DNA of 64,000 nt from Candidatus Limnocylindrales bacterium (GCA_035717865.1 DASTIE010000177.1:547-64546); one strand, 5' to 3'. Positions 45,571-54,959 are shown, counted from the first letter of the stretch. Numbers and translations: made by a program. Notes: a model not told the origin generated them from the sequence alone.

Positions 45571-47076
45571 TCAGCCAGCGGTTTCGTCGGCCCCTTCGTG
45601 CTCACGCCGCCGGTTCGTCGGGGCGGCGACGATCAGGCTGCCGGCCAGCACGCCGAGCGCGGCGAGCAGCAGCCAGGGGAGGTTCGGGGTCCGCCCGCTC
45701 CGAGGCTCGCCGAGGGTGTCCGTCTGCGGCCCGGTCGTCTCATTGGAAACAGAGCCGGCAAAGCTCGTCGTCGTCGTGGCGGCGCTCGATGTCGAGGAGT
45801 TCCCTTGGGACGTCGACGACGAGGTCTCGCTGCTCGACGAGTCGGTCGTCGACGACGTCTCGGTGGTCGACGACGAGTCGGTGGTCGTGGAGCTGACTGA
45901 CGTCGATGCGGTATCGGACGTGGTGGTCTCGGTGACCGTCGTTGTCTCGGTGGCCGTCGTTGTCGTGGTCGAGGCGGTCTCCGTGGTCGTTGACGACTCC
46001 GTCGTGGTTGAAGACGTGGTCGTGGACGAGGTCGTCGTCTCCTCGACGATCGTGTACGACTGGTACTCGGTCTCGCTGTCCTGGAAGGTCGTGCCCTCGG
46101 CGGCGGAGTAGCAGACCGCGAAGATCCAGTCGGACGGCGTGTCGAAGGTCTCCTGGAACGAGGCCTTGCCCTCGGCGTCGAGGGGGCCGGATGCGATCGG
46201 CGAGCCCATGCCGCAGAAGCCGCCGATGATGATCGCGACGTTGCCCTGCGGGGTTGTGCCCGATGCTGCGGTGACGACGACGTCGAAGGTCACCGTGCCG
46301 CCGGCGTACTGCTGGTCGGCGGGCGTGATGGTGAGCGTCGGGGTCGTGACGTTGTCGACGATCTTGTACGACTGGTACTCGGTCTCGCTGTCCTGGAAGG
46401 TCGTGCCCTCGGCGGCGGAGTAGCAGACCGCGAAGATCCAGTCGGACGGCGTGTCGAAGGTCTCCTGGAACGAGGCCTTGCCCTCGGCATCGAGGCCGCC
46501 GAAGGCCAGCGGCGAGCCCATGCCGCAGAAACCGCCGGTCATGATCGCCACGTTGCCCTGGGGGATCGCGCCTGAGGCGGCCGTGACGGCGACGTCGAAG
46601 GTCACCGTGCCGCCGGCGTACTGCTGATCGGCGGGCGTGATGGTGAGCGTCGGGGTCGTGACGTTGTCGACCACGGAATACGGGAGATCGCCTGAGATGC
46701 TGCTCTGGAACGCGCTGTCCGCTGGCGGGCCGTAGCAGGCGGTGAGCTGGTACTCATACGGCGCCACGAAGGTATAGGTGAGGGACGCCTTGCCCTCGGC
46801 GTCCAGCGTGCCAGACACCAGTGGCGAGCCGAACAGGCAGCCCGACGTGTGGATGTAGACGGGCCCCTGGGGGATCGCGCCCGATTCGGACGTCACGGTG
46901 ATGTCGAAGGTCGTCGTGCCACCCGTGTACTGCACGTCGGCGGGCGTGATCGTGAAGGTCGTGGTGGTCGGGTCTTCACCCGCAGCGACAACCGGCGCCG
47001 CTGAGCCGGCCATTGCGGCAATCAGGGTGGCGAGAACGAGTGCGCGGCGAGGGGATCGGCGATCGAAGGTTGACAT
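45571..47076 (-). CDS. Cell-surface protein with three Ig-like repeats, Thr/Ser-rich stalk and C-terminal TM anchor
   Basis: Signal peptide ALVLATLIAAMAGSAAPVVAAG. Three ~104 aa repeats, of which two are near-identical. ~120 aa of T/S-rich low complexity. Ends LLLAALGVLAGSLIVAAPTNRRRE. Confidence 0.65.
   Translation of the reverse strand: MSTFDRRSPRRALVLATLIAAMAGSAAPVVAAGEDPTTTTFTITPADVQYTGGTTTFDITVTSESGAIPQGPVYIHTSGCLFGSPLVSGTLDAEGKASLTYTFVAPYEYQLTACYGPPADSAFQSSISGDLPYSVVDNVTTPTLTITPADQQYAGGTVTFDVAVTAASGAIPQGNVAIMTGGFCGMGSPLAFGGLDAEGKASFQETFDTPSDWIFAVCYSAAEGTTFQDSETEYQSYKIVDNVTTPTLTITPADQQYAGGTVTFDVVVTAASGTTPQGNVAIIIGGFCGMGSPIASGPLDAEGKASFQETFDTPSDWIFAVCYSAAEGTTFQDSETEYQSYTIVEETTTSSTTTSSTTTESSTTTETASTTTTTATETTTVTETTTSDTASTSVSSTTTDSSSTTETSSTTDSSSSETSSSTSQGNSSTSSAATTTTSFAGSVSNETTGPQTDTLGEPRSGRTPNLPWLLLAALGVLAGSLIVAAPTNRRREHEGADETAG
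46054..46677 (-). repeat. Two near-identical 312-bp tandem repeats inside the surface-protein gene
   Basis: Long identical DNA stretches at 46054+ and 46366+. Period 312 bp = 104 aa. A third diverged copy follows. Confidence 0.7.
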
Positions 47077-47098
47077 GGCCCGAGGCTATGGGCCCGCT

Positions 47099-47115
47099 GT
47101 TGCAATTCCGTGGCA
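47099..47115 (-). promoter_or_regulatory. Motif copy 8 (minus strand), TGCCACGGAATTGCAAC, 22 nt upstream of the start at 47076
   Basis: Consensus copy, the only one on the minus strand. It is oriented toward the minus-strand surface-protein gene. Confidence 0.5.
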
Positions 47116-47166
47116 CTCGGCGGCGACGTGATGGTCGATGCATCGTCGGCATCGGCCCAGATCGGC

Positions 47167-49170
47167 TCAGCCGGCCGGCGACGTCACCACAGCCTCATGC
47201 CGAACCGCGAGCTGGAGCAGTCGCTCAACGGCCTCGGCGAGGGCCCACCCGAGCACACCGCAAGCGACGGACACGCCGAGCAGGAGCGTGACCGACCAGC
47301 TGAGCGTGCCGCCGAGACCGATCGTCAGCCCGACCGCGAGCGTCGCCAACGCAGGCAACGCTGCCGCGGCGACGCGGGCGCGCCATCGAGGTTTCACCAG
47401 CCGAACGAGCCCGTCGACCGCCAGTCCGGTGAGCAGGGCGCCCGGGAGGAATCGCCACTGGTCGCTCGGGATCGCGGCCGCGAGGACCACGATCAGCAAC
47501 GCCACCGTGAACGACCCCACCGGCGCGCCCAACGCGATCAGCACCAGCGCCACCGCCGCGAGCGCGAGCCCGAAGACGAGCGATTGCGCCGCGGCGAAGT
47601 CCTCGCGGACCCAGCCGGAGTTCACCGGATCCTGGAACGCGGCGTTGCCGTAGGCCAGGCGGGTCCCGTCCGGCGCCCAGCTCATGCTCCAGTTGCCATC
47701 CAGGTGGTGCGGGTGGTTGGTGAGGTTCTTCGGGTCCGAGCCGTCGGTCGCCATCGACCAGATCTCGGGCTCGCCGGTCCGATCGGACACGAACGCGAGC
47801 CGCGAGCCGTCCGGGAAGAACACCGGCACCCAGTCGCCACCGGGCTCGGCCGTGAGCTGCTTCGGGGGCGTGGCGCCGCCGGAGTCCACGACGTGGATCT
47901 CGTCGTCGCCCGACCGGTTCGACGTGAACGCGAGCGATGCGCCGTCCGGCGACCACGCGATCCCCCAGTCGTCGCCCGAGCTCGGCACGACGGCGATGTC
48001 GTCGGTCAGGCCGTCGTCCGTGACCGCCGCGACGTGAATGCCGGGCTGGCCACCCGAGGCTCGCACGTACGCGATTCGCGAGCCGTCCGGCGACCATGCA
48101 GGCCCGAATCCGTCGCCGCCCTCCGGGGTCAGGCGGCGCGCCTCCGTTCCGTCCGGTCGGACGAGCCAGATGGCCGCGCCGCGAACCGACGACGGCGGTC
48201 CGGCCTGGCCCGGCGCTGCATTCGGCGGCGCCTGCGCCGGCGGCTGGTTCGAGGTCGTCGCGTGCGGGCTGAGCGTGAATGCCAGCCACTGCCCGTCCGG
48301 CGACCAGGCCGGGATCCAGGCGTCGGCCCTCCCGTCCTGGGCCCTGGCGCCGTCGAAGACGAGCCGTCGATCCGTGCCGTCCGCAGCCATCGTCCAGATC
48401 GCGGCGGTCTGGTCGTCGTAGCGGATGTTCTGCTTCGCGCCGTTGTCGTTGGTCCAGGCGGTGTACGCGATGCGGGCGCCGTCGGGCGACCATGCCGGCA
48501 GCGAGTAATCCACGCCGTCCCCGACCGCAACCAGCAGCCGCGTCTGGGCGGAGCCGTCCGGCGCCATGGTCCAGATCTCCGAGAGATCCGTGGCCGGCAG
48601 GTAGGACCAATCCTGAACGGGAGTCTGGATGGGGTTGAAGGCGGTCAGGGTGAGCGCGCCACCGATGAGGCCGGTTGCCACGACCCCCGCCCAGCGGATC
48701 AGCCGCTCGCCCGGCTGCAGGCCACGTTCCGCGCGGAGCGCCACGGCCTCGCGGAGCGGGCCTGCCGCGAGGAGCGCCAAAGCAACGGGAATGAGCAGGC
48801 GAGTCGGGGCGAGCCCGCTCTCGATGCCGGGGCGGACCCCCAGGGTGTCGCGCCAGATGGGATCGAGGACCACCCAGGCCAGCAGGAGGACGAAGGCCAG
48901 GCCGAGCCCGCCATACAGCGGCGGGAAGGCCTCTCGCCATCGACCGCGGCGAAGGGCGCGGAAGAAGGCCCAGGCGACGTAGAGCGCGAGCACGAGGAGC
49001 GCCGCATAGCCCACGAAGTGGTACGGCGAGATCGAGATGTCGTCGATGAGCCCGAGCGTGTTGGCCCGGGTGACGACCAGGACGCCGAGCATGATCCAGC
49101 CGGCGAGCCCGACGACCAGCCACGCGCGCAGCCAGGGACGGTCCGCGAGGACAGCACGTCGGTCGGACAC
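47167..49170 (-). CDS. Polytopic membrane protein with central TolB-like beta-propeller (PD40 repeats)
   Basis: N-terminal TM bundle, followed by repeated AWSPDG..IAY/LAF PD40 motifs, followed by a C-terminal TM bundle. Confidence 0.65.
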   Translation of the reverse strand: MSDRRAVLADRPWLRAWLVVGLAGWIMLGVLVVTRANTLGLIDDISISPYHFVGYAALLVLALYVAWAFFRALRRGRWREAFPPLYGGLGLAFVLLLAWVVLDPIWRDTLGVRPGIESGLAPTRLLIPVALALLAAGPLREAVALRAERGLQPGERLIRWAGVVATGLIGGALTLTAFNPIQTPVQDWSYLPATDLSEIWTMAPDGSAQTRLLVAVGDGVDYSLPAWSPDGARIAYTAWTNDNGAKQNIRYDDQTAAIWTMAADGTDRRLVFDGARAQDGRADAWIPAWSPDGQWLAFTLSPHATTSNQPPAQAPPNAAPGQAGPPSSVRGAAIWLVRPDGTEARRLTPEGGDGFGPAWSPDGSRIAYVRASGGQPGIHVAAVTDDGLTDDIAVVPSSGDDWGIAWSPDGASLAFTSNRSGDDEIHVVDSGGATPPKQLTAEPGGDWVPVFFPDGSRLAFVSDRTGEPEIWSMATDGSDPKNLTNHPHHLDGNWSMSWAPDGTRLAYGNAAFQDPVNSGWVREDFAAAQSLVFGLALAAVALVLIALGAPVGSFTVALLIVVLAAAIPSDQWRFLPGALLTGLAVDGLVRLVKPRWRARVAAAALPALATLAVGLTIGLGGTLSWSVTLLLGVSVACGVLGWALAEAVERLLQLAVRHEAVVTSPAG

Positions 49171-49266
49171 GGAGCGCTCCCTCCCTCGGCCCGCTCCCGC
49201 GGGCGTCGTCGGTGCATCCTATCGCGCCGGATTCGCGCGCTACGCGGAAATTCCGCCGCGCGGCGA

Positions 49267-51360
49267 TCAGACGGCGCGGGCGGTCTCTCTGGCGCGCGGC
49301 GGGTGGGACGGCACGAGGGCGAGGGTCGAGATGGCCTCGCGAACCTGCTCCTCGAGACCCGGGACGTCCAGTCGCAGCATGCGTCGCAGGTCCGCGACGG
49401 CGCCGTGGTCCACGAAGCGATCTGCCGGGATGCCCAGGATCCGCACCGTCGTCTCGCGGAGTGCCGGCTCCAGCAGCCGCGCCTCCTCGACCGCCTCCAG
49501 GACGGCCCCGCCGAAGCCGCCGCTCACGACGGACTCCTCGAAGGTCACCACGAGCCGCTTGCCGCGTGCCTGATCGAGGACCAGCTGGCGATCGAGCGGC
49601 TTCGCGAACCGCGCGTTGACCACGCCGACGGACCAGCCGTCGGCGGCGAGCCTGTCCGCGACCTCGACCGCTCGCACCGTGATCGGCCCGAAGCCGACGA
49701 ACAGGATGTCGTCGCCCTCGCGCAGCACCTCCGCCTGCCCGACCGCGATCGGCTTCGGCTCGACCGGCGGCAGCCCGAACCCGGGGTCTCGCGGGTAGTG
49801 CAGCGCGAACGGGTGCTCCTGCCCCATCGCCGTCCGGATGAGCCCGCGGAGCTCCTGCTCGTCCTTCGGGCTCGCGATGACGAGGAAGGGCAGCTGGCGC
49901 TGGGCGGGGATCGCGAACATCCCCTGGTGGGACGTGCCGTCCTCGCCGACGAGCCCCGCTCGGTCGACGGCGAGGAGCACGGGCAGGTCGTTCTGGCAGA
50001 CGTCGTGGACGGTCTGGTCGAAGGCCCGCTGCAGGAAGGTCGAGTACAGCGCCACGACCGGCCGCATGCCCGCGATCGCGAGGCCGGAGGCCATGGTGAC
50101 CGCGTGCTGCTCGGCGATGCCGACGTCGTGGAATCGCGTCGGGAAGGCCGCCTGGAACTTGGAGAGGCCGGTGCCGGTGGGCATCCCGGCGGTGATCGCG
50201 ACGATCCGATCGTCGGCCTGCGCCAGCTCGATGAGCTCGGCGGAGAAGATCGAGGTGTAGCTCGGGTTCTTCGGCGCCGATGCAGGTGTCGGCGGCGCGA
50301 GGGCGTCGCCGTTCGAGCCGGCGCCGTGCGGGCTGCCCGGCCGGATCTTGGCCGGCCGGTCCTGCGCGGCTGCGGGACCGCTCGCGAGGTTCGCGGCGGA
50401 CCTCGCTCCCGTGCCGTCGAAGGCGTCGGCCTGCGGTGCGAGCTCCATGGGCGGCAGGGCCGCGCCGTGGAACGACACCTGGTCCGTCTCGGCGGGCCGA
50501 TAGCCGCGGCCCTTCTGCGTCCGCACGTGGACGAGCACCGGGCCGGACAGCTCGAGCGTCCGCTGGAAGACCTGCAGCAGCGCGTGGATGTCGTGGCCGG
50601 GGACCACGCCGATGTAGGTGATCCCGAGGTCCTCGAACAGCTGGCCCGGGCTCGCGAGGTTGACGATGGAGCGGCGCAGCCGCTGGCTCCACATGACGAT
50701 CCCCCGGCCCACGATCGGGATCGCGCCCCAGAATTGGTCCCAGATGGACTTCGAGGACTGCCAGGCGCCGGAGAGCTTGATCTTCGAGAGGTAGGTCGAG
50801 AACGCACCGACCGTGGCGCTGATGGACATCTCGTTGTCGTTGAGCACGATCAGGAGCGGCGTCCGGCGATGGCCGATGTCGTTGAGCGCCTCAAGGCTGA
50901 GGCCGGCCATCAGGGCCGCGTCGCCGACGACGACCGCGATCTTCTCCGTGGAGTGGCGGATGTCGCGGGCGGCGGCGAGACCCTCTGCGATGGACAGGCC
51001 CGTTCCCGCGTGCCCGCCGTCGAACACGTCGTGCTCGCTCTCGGAGCGGCGCGGGAAGCCCCCGATGCCGTCGATCTGGCGGAGCGTGCCGAAATGCCCC
51101 AGTCGCCCGGTCAGCAGCTTGTGCGCGTAGGCCTGGTGGCCCGTGTCCCAGACGATCCGGTCGCGCGGCGAGTCGAGGAGGCGGTGGAGCGCGATCGCGA
51201 TCTCCACCACGCCAAGGCTGGACCCGAGGTGCCCGCCCGTCTTCGCGACGGTCGAGATGATCGTGTCGCGGATCTCCTGGGCGAGCGTCTCCAGCTGCTG
51301 CTCGGAAAGGCGCTTGAGGTCCCCGGGCCCGTTCAGCGTGGGGAGGATCTGGGCGGACAC
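49267..51360 (-). CDS. dxs: 1-deoxy-D-xylulose-5-phosphate synthase
   Basis: TPP-binding motif GDG..N and a transketolase-like pyrimidine-binding domain. A ~80 aa low-complexity insertion is present. Confidence 0.9.
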   Translation of the reverse strand: MSAQILPTLNGPGDLKRLSEQQLETLAQEIRDTIISTVAKTGGHLGSSLGVVEIAIALHRLLDSPRDRIVWDTGHQAYAHKLLTGRLGHFGTLRQIDGIGGFPRRSESEHDVFDGGHAGTGLSIAEGLAAARDIRHSTEKIAVVVGDAALMAGLSLEALNDIGHRRTPLLIVLNDNEMSISATVGAFSTYLSKIKLSGAWQSSKSIWDQFWGAIPIVGRGIVMWSQRLRRSIVNLASPGQLFEDLGITYIGVVPGHDIHALLQVFQRTLELSGPVLVHVRTQKGRGYRPAETDQVSFHGAALPPMELAPQADAFDGTGARSAANLASGPAAAQDRPAKIRPGSPHGAGSNGDALAPPTPASAPKNPSYTSIFSAELIELAQADDRIVAITAGMPTGTGLSKFQAAFPTRFHDVGIAEQHAVTMASGLAIAGMRPVVALYSTFLQRAFDQTVHDVCQNDLPVLLAVDRAGLVGEDGTSHQGMFAIPAQRQLPFLVIASPKDEQELRGLIRTAMGQEHPFALHYPRDPGFGLPPVEPKPIAVGQAEVLREGDDILFVGFGPITVRAVEVADRLAADGWSVGVVNARFAKPLDRQLVLDQARGKRLVVTFEESVVSGGFGGAVLEAVEEARLLEPALRETTVRILGIPADRFVDHGAVADLRRMLRLDVPGLEEQVREAISTLALVPSHPPRARETARAV

Positions 51361-51832
51361 AGCGGCGGAGGCGCTCCTGTGGCGGGCTTGCGAGACGACC
51401 GCGAGAGGCCCGCATGTGACGCGACGGTTGAGGCGCGGTTCGCGCGGCCTTCGCGCAACCGTTCAGCGCGACGAGTGTAGTCGCGGCCCATTTCGCCGGT
51501 TATTTGATACCACGCCCGCGCACGTTTCGCCCGCCGGACCCCGCCGGAGCCAGACCGCTCCGCCGCCGACCACCCGCCCAGGCGGGTGCGCCGGACACGG
51601 CGCACTCGACAGACATGCAACCTCATATCCGCCTGCCGCCGGTCCAGCGGCGCCGCTCAGCCCCTATTCGCGCCGCAGACGGCGGAACCAACGGCTGCCG
51701 GCGCAACTGGCCGCCAAACGAAGCGACGCACGTGGCCTTCCGACGTCGAATGCGTCGTTTGTGGCGCATGCGTGTAGCACGGCCCAGAACGCGGCACACT
51801 CGGGGCCGCCCGCGGCTCCGTACGCTGTGAAG

Positions 51833-52729
51833 ATGCAACACGAGCTGTTCGATATCGGCGGCGCACCGCTTCTCGACGTGGCCGGGACATCGCTCTTCGT
51901 GCGTCGCTGGGGGAAGCCCGACGGACGGCCGTTGCTGTTCCTGCATTCGCTCGGGCCGGCCGCCTCTGCTGAGCTGCTCGCCCCCGGCGTCGCTCCTCTT
52001 GCCGACGCCGGTTGGTCCGTCGCGGCGCCGGACATGCCGGGCTTCGGAGAGTCGCCGCCGATCGAGGTCGATGGCTACCGCGCGGAGCGCCTCGCGGACC
52101 TCGCCTGGTCGATCGCCGACGGGCTCGGGTGGGATCGCCTCGCCCTCGCCGGTCACAGCTGGGGCGGCTCCGTGGCGGTTCATGCCGCTGCGGCGCGGCC
52201 GGAGCGCGTCCGGGCCCTCGTGCTCGTCGACAGCGGCCACATCGACTACGCCGACCAGCCCGGCCCTCGCCTCGACGAGACGCTCGACGAACTCACCGAC
52301 AAGATGGAGGCCGCCCGCGTCCGGCCGAAGGATCGCGCGGAGGTCGCCTCGGACCTCGGGCTGCCGATCGACGATCCCGTCGTCGACGCCTACATGGCCG
52401 GCCTGATCGAGGACGGTGCCGGCGGGCTCGTCTCGCGGACGACTGGTGCCAGTCGGGCCAAGGCGATGTACCACCTGATGCGCGCCCGCCAGAGCGACCA
52501 GTGGGCAGCGCTCGCCGCCGCGGAGTTCCCCATCCTCCTGCTGCTGGCCACGAAGCCGGACGACCTCCGGACCACCAACGCGGCCGCAGCGGCGCGTTTC
52601 GGCGCCGCGGTTCCGAGGGCGGACATCCGGTTCGTCGAGGGCGCCACCCACTCCCTCATCACCGACCTCCGCGACGAGTTCGGCGCCACTGTTCGGGACT
52701 GGCTTTCGTCGCTCACGCGTCGCGACTAG
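51833..52729 (+). CDS. Alpha/beta-hydrolase fold protein
   Basis: Start at MQHELF (51833). GHSWGG nucleophile elbow. The track ORF 51143 upstream extension is rejected. Confidence 0.7.
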   Translation: MQHELFDIGGAPLLDVAGTSLFVRRWGKPDGRPLLFLHSLGPAASAELLAPGVAPLADAGWSVAAPDMPGFGESPPIEVDGYRAERLADLAWSIADGLGWDRLALAGHSWGGSVAVHAAAARPERVRALVLVDSGHIDYADQPGPRLDETLDELTDKMEAARVRPKDRAEVASDLGLPIDDPVVDAYMAGLIEDGAGGLVSRTTGASRAKAMYHLMRARQSDQWAALAAAEFPILLLLATKPDDLRTTNAAAAARFGAAVPRADIRFVEGATHSLITDLRDEFGATVRDWLSSLTRRD

Positions 52730-53151
52730 GGCATGCAGTCTCCGGGAGTCCCCGGACCTGGCGCGGGGCCACCGACGGGCCCGCCTGCCCACATGTCGAA
52801 GCGACCGCACGACAGATCGACGCGGCCGAGCGCGCCGCTGATCTGTGTCGATCCATCCGGCAGCTGCCTCCTGAACACCTGTCCGGGCTGCACGTCCATC
52901 GATGTCAGAAGTCGGCCGGTCGTCGTCCTCGCCTCGACGCTCCAGGGCAGCGGCGGCAGGACATTGACATCGATCTCGTCGCCGACGCCCGCTGCAAACC
53001 GCCCGGCCTCGATGCCGTTCACGGTCACGATGACCGCAAGATCGGTGCCGTTGGAGACGCCCAGCGGCGGCCGTTCCCCCGACTGCAGCAGGCTGCATGC
53101 GGCGACGGCCGCGACCAGGACGACGCCGGCGAGACGGGCAACCATGGTCAA
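52726..53151 (-). CDS. Small lipoprotein (hypothetical)
   Basis: Lipobox VAACSL; ~120 aa mature domain. Confidence 0.5.
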   Translation of the reverse strand: MTMVARLAGVVLVAAVAACSLLQSGERPPLGVSNGTDLAVIVTVNGIEAGRFAAGVGDEIDVNVLPPLPWSVEARTTTGRLLTSMDVQPGQVFRRQLPDGSTQISGALGRVDLSCGRFDMWAGGPVGGPAPGPGTPGDCMP

Positions 53152-54176
53152 TCGGGCCAGCGAACCCTGATCGGCCTCTTCAGGCCGGGGAGTGGCATCG
53201 TCGCGGCGTCCGATTCGACCGCCAGTCGTTCGCTCGCCGTCATCCTCCGCCAGGGGTCGATCGTGACGTCCGGCCCGGCTCGGCGCCAGACGCCGGAGAT
53301 CTGGCCATCCACCAGCAGCGCGCCCGGCCAGACCCGCGAGGTCCAGAGCTCAGCGCGACGGGTCGCGTCCGGGACGAGCAGCTCGCGATCCGCGCCCCAG
53401 AACATGTAGAAGGGGTCGCCGCTGGGGAGGAATCTCGCCGGAGCCGTGGGTCCCGGCTTGGCGCGCATGTCGACCTCGTCGGTCGCGAGGAGCCAGCCGT
53501 CGCCGATCGGCGTTCGCACCGCGACCAACCCGCCGCGGTCGCCGGCGAGCCGATCGAACGCTTCGCGACCCTGCGCCGCGCCGACACCCGCCCAGTGAGC
53601 AAAGGCCGCCTCCTTCGATGGCCCGAAGACGTGCAGGAAGCGGCGCGCCAGCTCGATTCGCGCATCCAGCGGCGAGATCTCGGGTCGCGGCACGGTCCAG
53701 ACGAGCGGCGCGCGGGCGCCCTCCCAGCGGATTCGCAGGGTGCCGGTCGTCGTGCCGTAGCGCATGCCGTTGCCGAGGCCGGTGGCCGCGCTGATCGCTC
53801 GATCGGTCAGGCGCCTGCCCTGGAGGTGATCGGCGACCTTCGCCGCCATGTCTTCCGCAACGCGACGGCCGCGCGCGTCGTCCGGGTATCGACCGACCGT
53901 GAAGATCGGCACGTCCTGCGCCGGGACCACGAAGGCGCTGAACCGCGGCCCCCAGATCTGGGCGAGCGCTGGATCCGCCCACGTCTCCGGCTCCGTGCCT
54001 GCCACCCGGGCGTGAATCGCGAGGACCGCCGCGCGCGGCATCGAGTCCTGGATGCCGGCCCACGCCGCGACGCGAAGCGATCGGGCGCTCATTGGAAGCC
54101 GCTCGTCGAGCGCCTGGACGCGCCGCCGGAAGGCGAGGATCTGATCGCGGTCGACCTTGAGCGGCGCCTTCGTCAC
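53148..54176 (-). CDS. Winged-helix DNA-binding domain protein (YcaQ/AlkZ-like, DUF1006)
   Basis: Length and motif pattern are typical of crosslink-repair glycosylase-like wH proteins. Assignment tentative. Confidence 0.45.
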   Translation of the reverse strand: MTKAPLKVDRDQILAFRRRVQALDERLPMSARSLRVAAWAGIQDSMPRAAVLAIHARVAGTEPETWADPALAQIWGPRFSAFVVPAQDVPIFTVGRYPDDARGRRVAEDMAAKVADHLQGRRLTDRAISAATGLGNGMRYGTTTGTLRIRWEGARAPLVWTVPRPEISPLDARIELARRFLHVFGPSKEAAFAHWAGVGAAQGREAFDRLAGDRGGLVAVRTPIGDGWLLATDEVDMRAKPGPTAPARFLPSGDPFYMFWGADRELLVPDATRRAELWTSRVWPGALLVDGQISGVWRRAGPDVTIDPWRRMTASERLAVESDAATMPLPGLKRPIRVRWPD

Positions 54177-54207
54177 CGTTCGAGTGTGACGTCAGTCCCG
54201 CGCGAAG

Positions 54208-54924
54208 TCAGCCGTTCACCGACGAAACGACGAGAGATCCCGAACTCACCGATCGCCGGATGGCCTCGAGGAGCTGGTCGAACGGTTGACCATCGAGGGT
54301 CGCAGGGTAAGGACCGAGTGCCTCCTCCCAGCCCTCCGGACCCGCGATCACCTTCACGACGCCGTTGATGTTCCGAAGCACGGCCTGATAGCCGTTCGGA
54401 CGGGTGTAGTAGAAGCGATCCGAAGCATCGCCGAACAGGCCATTGCCGCCGGACTCCTCGGCGAGCTGCTCGTAGTTCTTCAGGAAGATGACGATCTCCT
54501 CGCGCGGGAGCTCGCTCCGCTCCTGCCCCATCGAGCCGAGCCGAGTGACCAGGACTGCACCGGGCTGGAGGATGTTCGGGACGCCCTTCAGGACCTCGTT
54601 GATCGTGATCACACCGAAGGTGACGGGTCGTGCTGTCAGTTCGCCGCCGGGATCCTCCACCGGCAGAGCCTCGTGTTCCTGCGTGCCCACCACCCTGCCG
54701 CGGACGATCAGGTGGGCATCGGCGGTGATCTCATCCAGTGACTCGTAGCGAAACGCAGTCGGACTGAACTGGGAGTTCGCCTCCCAGAACTGGTCCGAGA
54801 TCCCGATCTCCGTCGGCCCCATCCTCGGCGCTTCCGGCGAGCCAGGAGCGGGGCTCTCCGCTCGCTCCGCGCATGCAGACACCAGCAACGCGAAGGTCGG
54901 CACGACGAGCCAACGACCGTTCAA
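54208..54924 (-). CDS. Lipoprotein (hypothetical)
   Basis: Lipobox LLVSACAE. Confidence 0.5.
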   Translation of the reverse strand: MNGRWLVVPTFALLVSACAERAESPAPGSPEAPRMGPTEIGISDQFWEANSQFSPTAFRYESLDEITADAHLIVRGRVVGTQEHEALPVEDPGGELTARPVTFGVITINEVLKGVPNILQPGAVLVTRLGSMGQERSELPREEIVIFLKNYEQLAEESGGNGLFGDASDRFYYTRPNGYQAVLRNINGVVKVIAGPEGWEEALGPYPATLDGQPFDQLLEAIRRSVSSGSLVVSSVNG

Positions 54925-54959
54925 CGCTCAGTCGCGAGCTGTCACGCGACCAAAGCCGT

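Noticed and set aside
45571-47076. LPXTG sortase signal in the Ig-repeat surface protein
   Set aside because: The sequence before the C-terminal TM is TDTLGEPRSG, not LPXTG or LAXTG. This is reported instead as a non-canonical C-terminal anchor.
2005-47115. Interpretation of the recurrent motif as a sigma-54 (-24/-12) promoter
   Set aside because: The GC of the -12 element is one nt too close to the upstream element, and sigma-54 spacing is strict. The -24 GG is GC/CC. Actinobacteria generally lack rpoN. It is kept as an uncharacterised regulatory motif instead.
47110-51480. 1456-aa plus-strand ORF and the 1155-aa minus-strand ORF 47225-50692
   Set aside because: Both run antisense to, or out of frame with, dxs and the TolB-like gene, which carry unambiguous family motifs. 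They are artefacts of ~72% GC.
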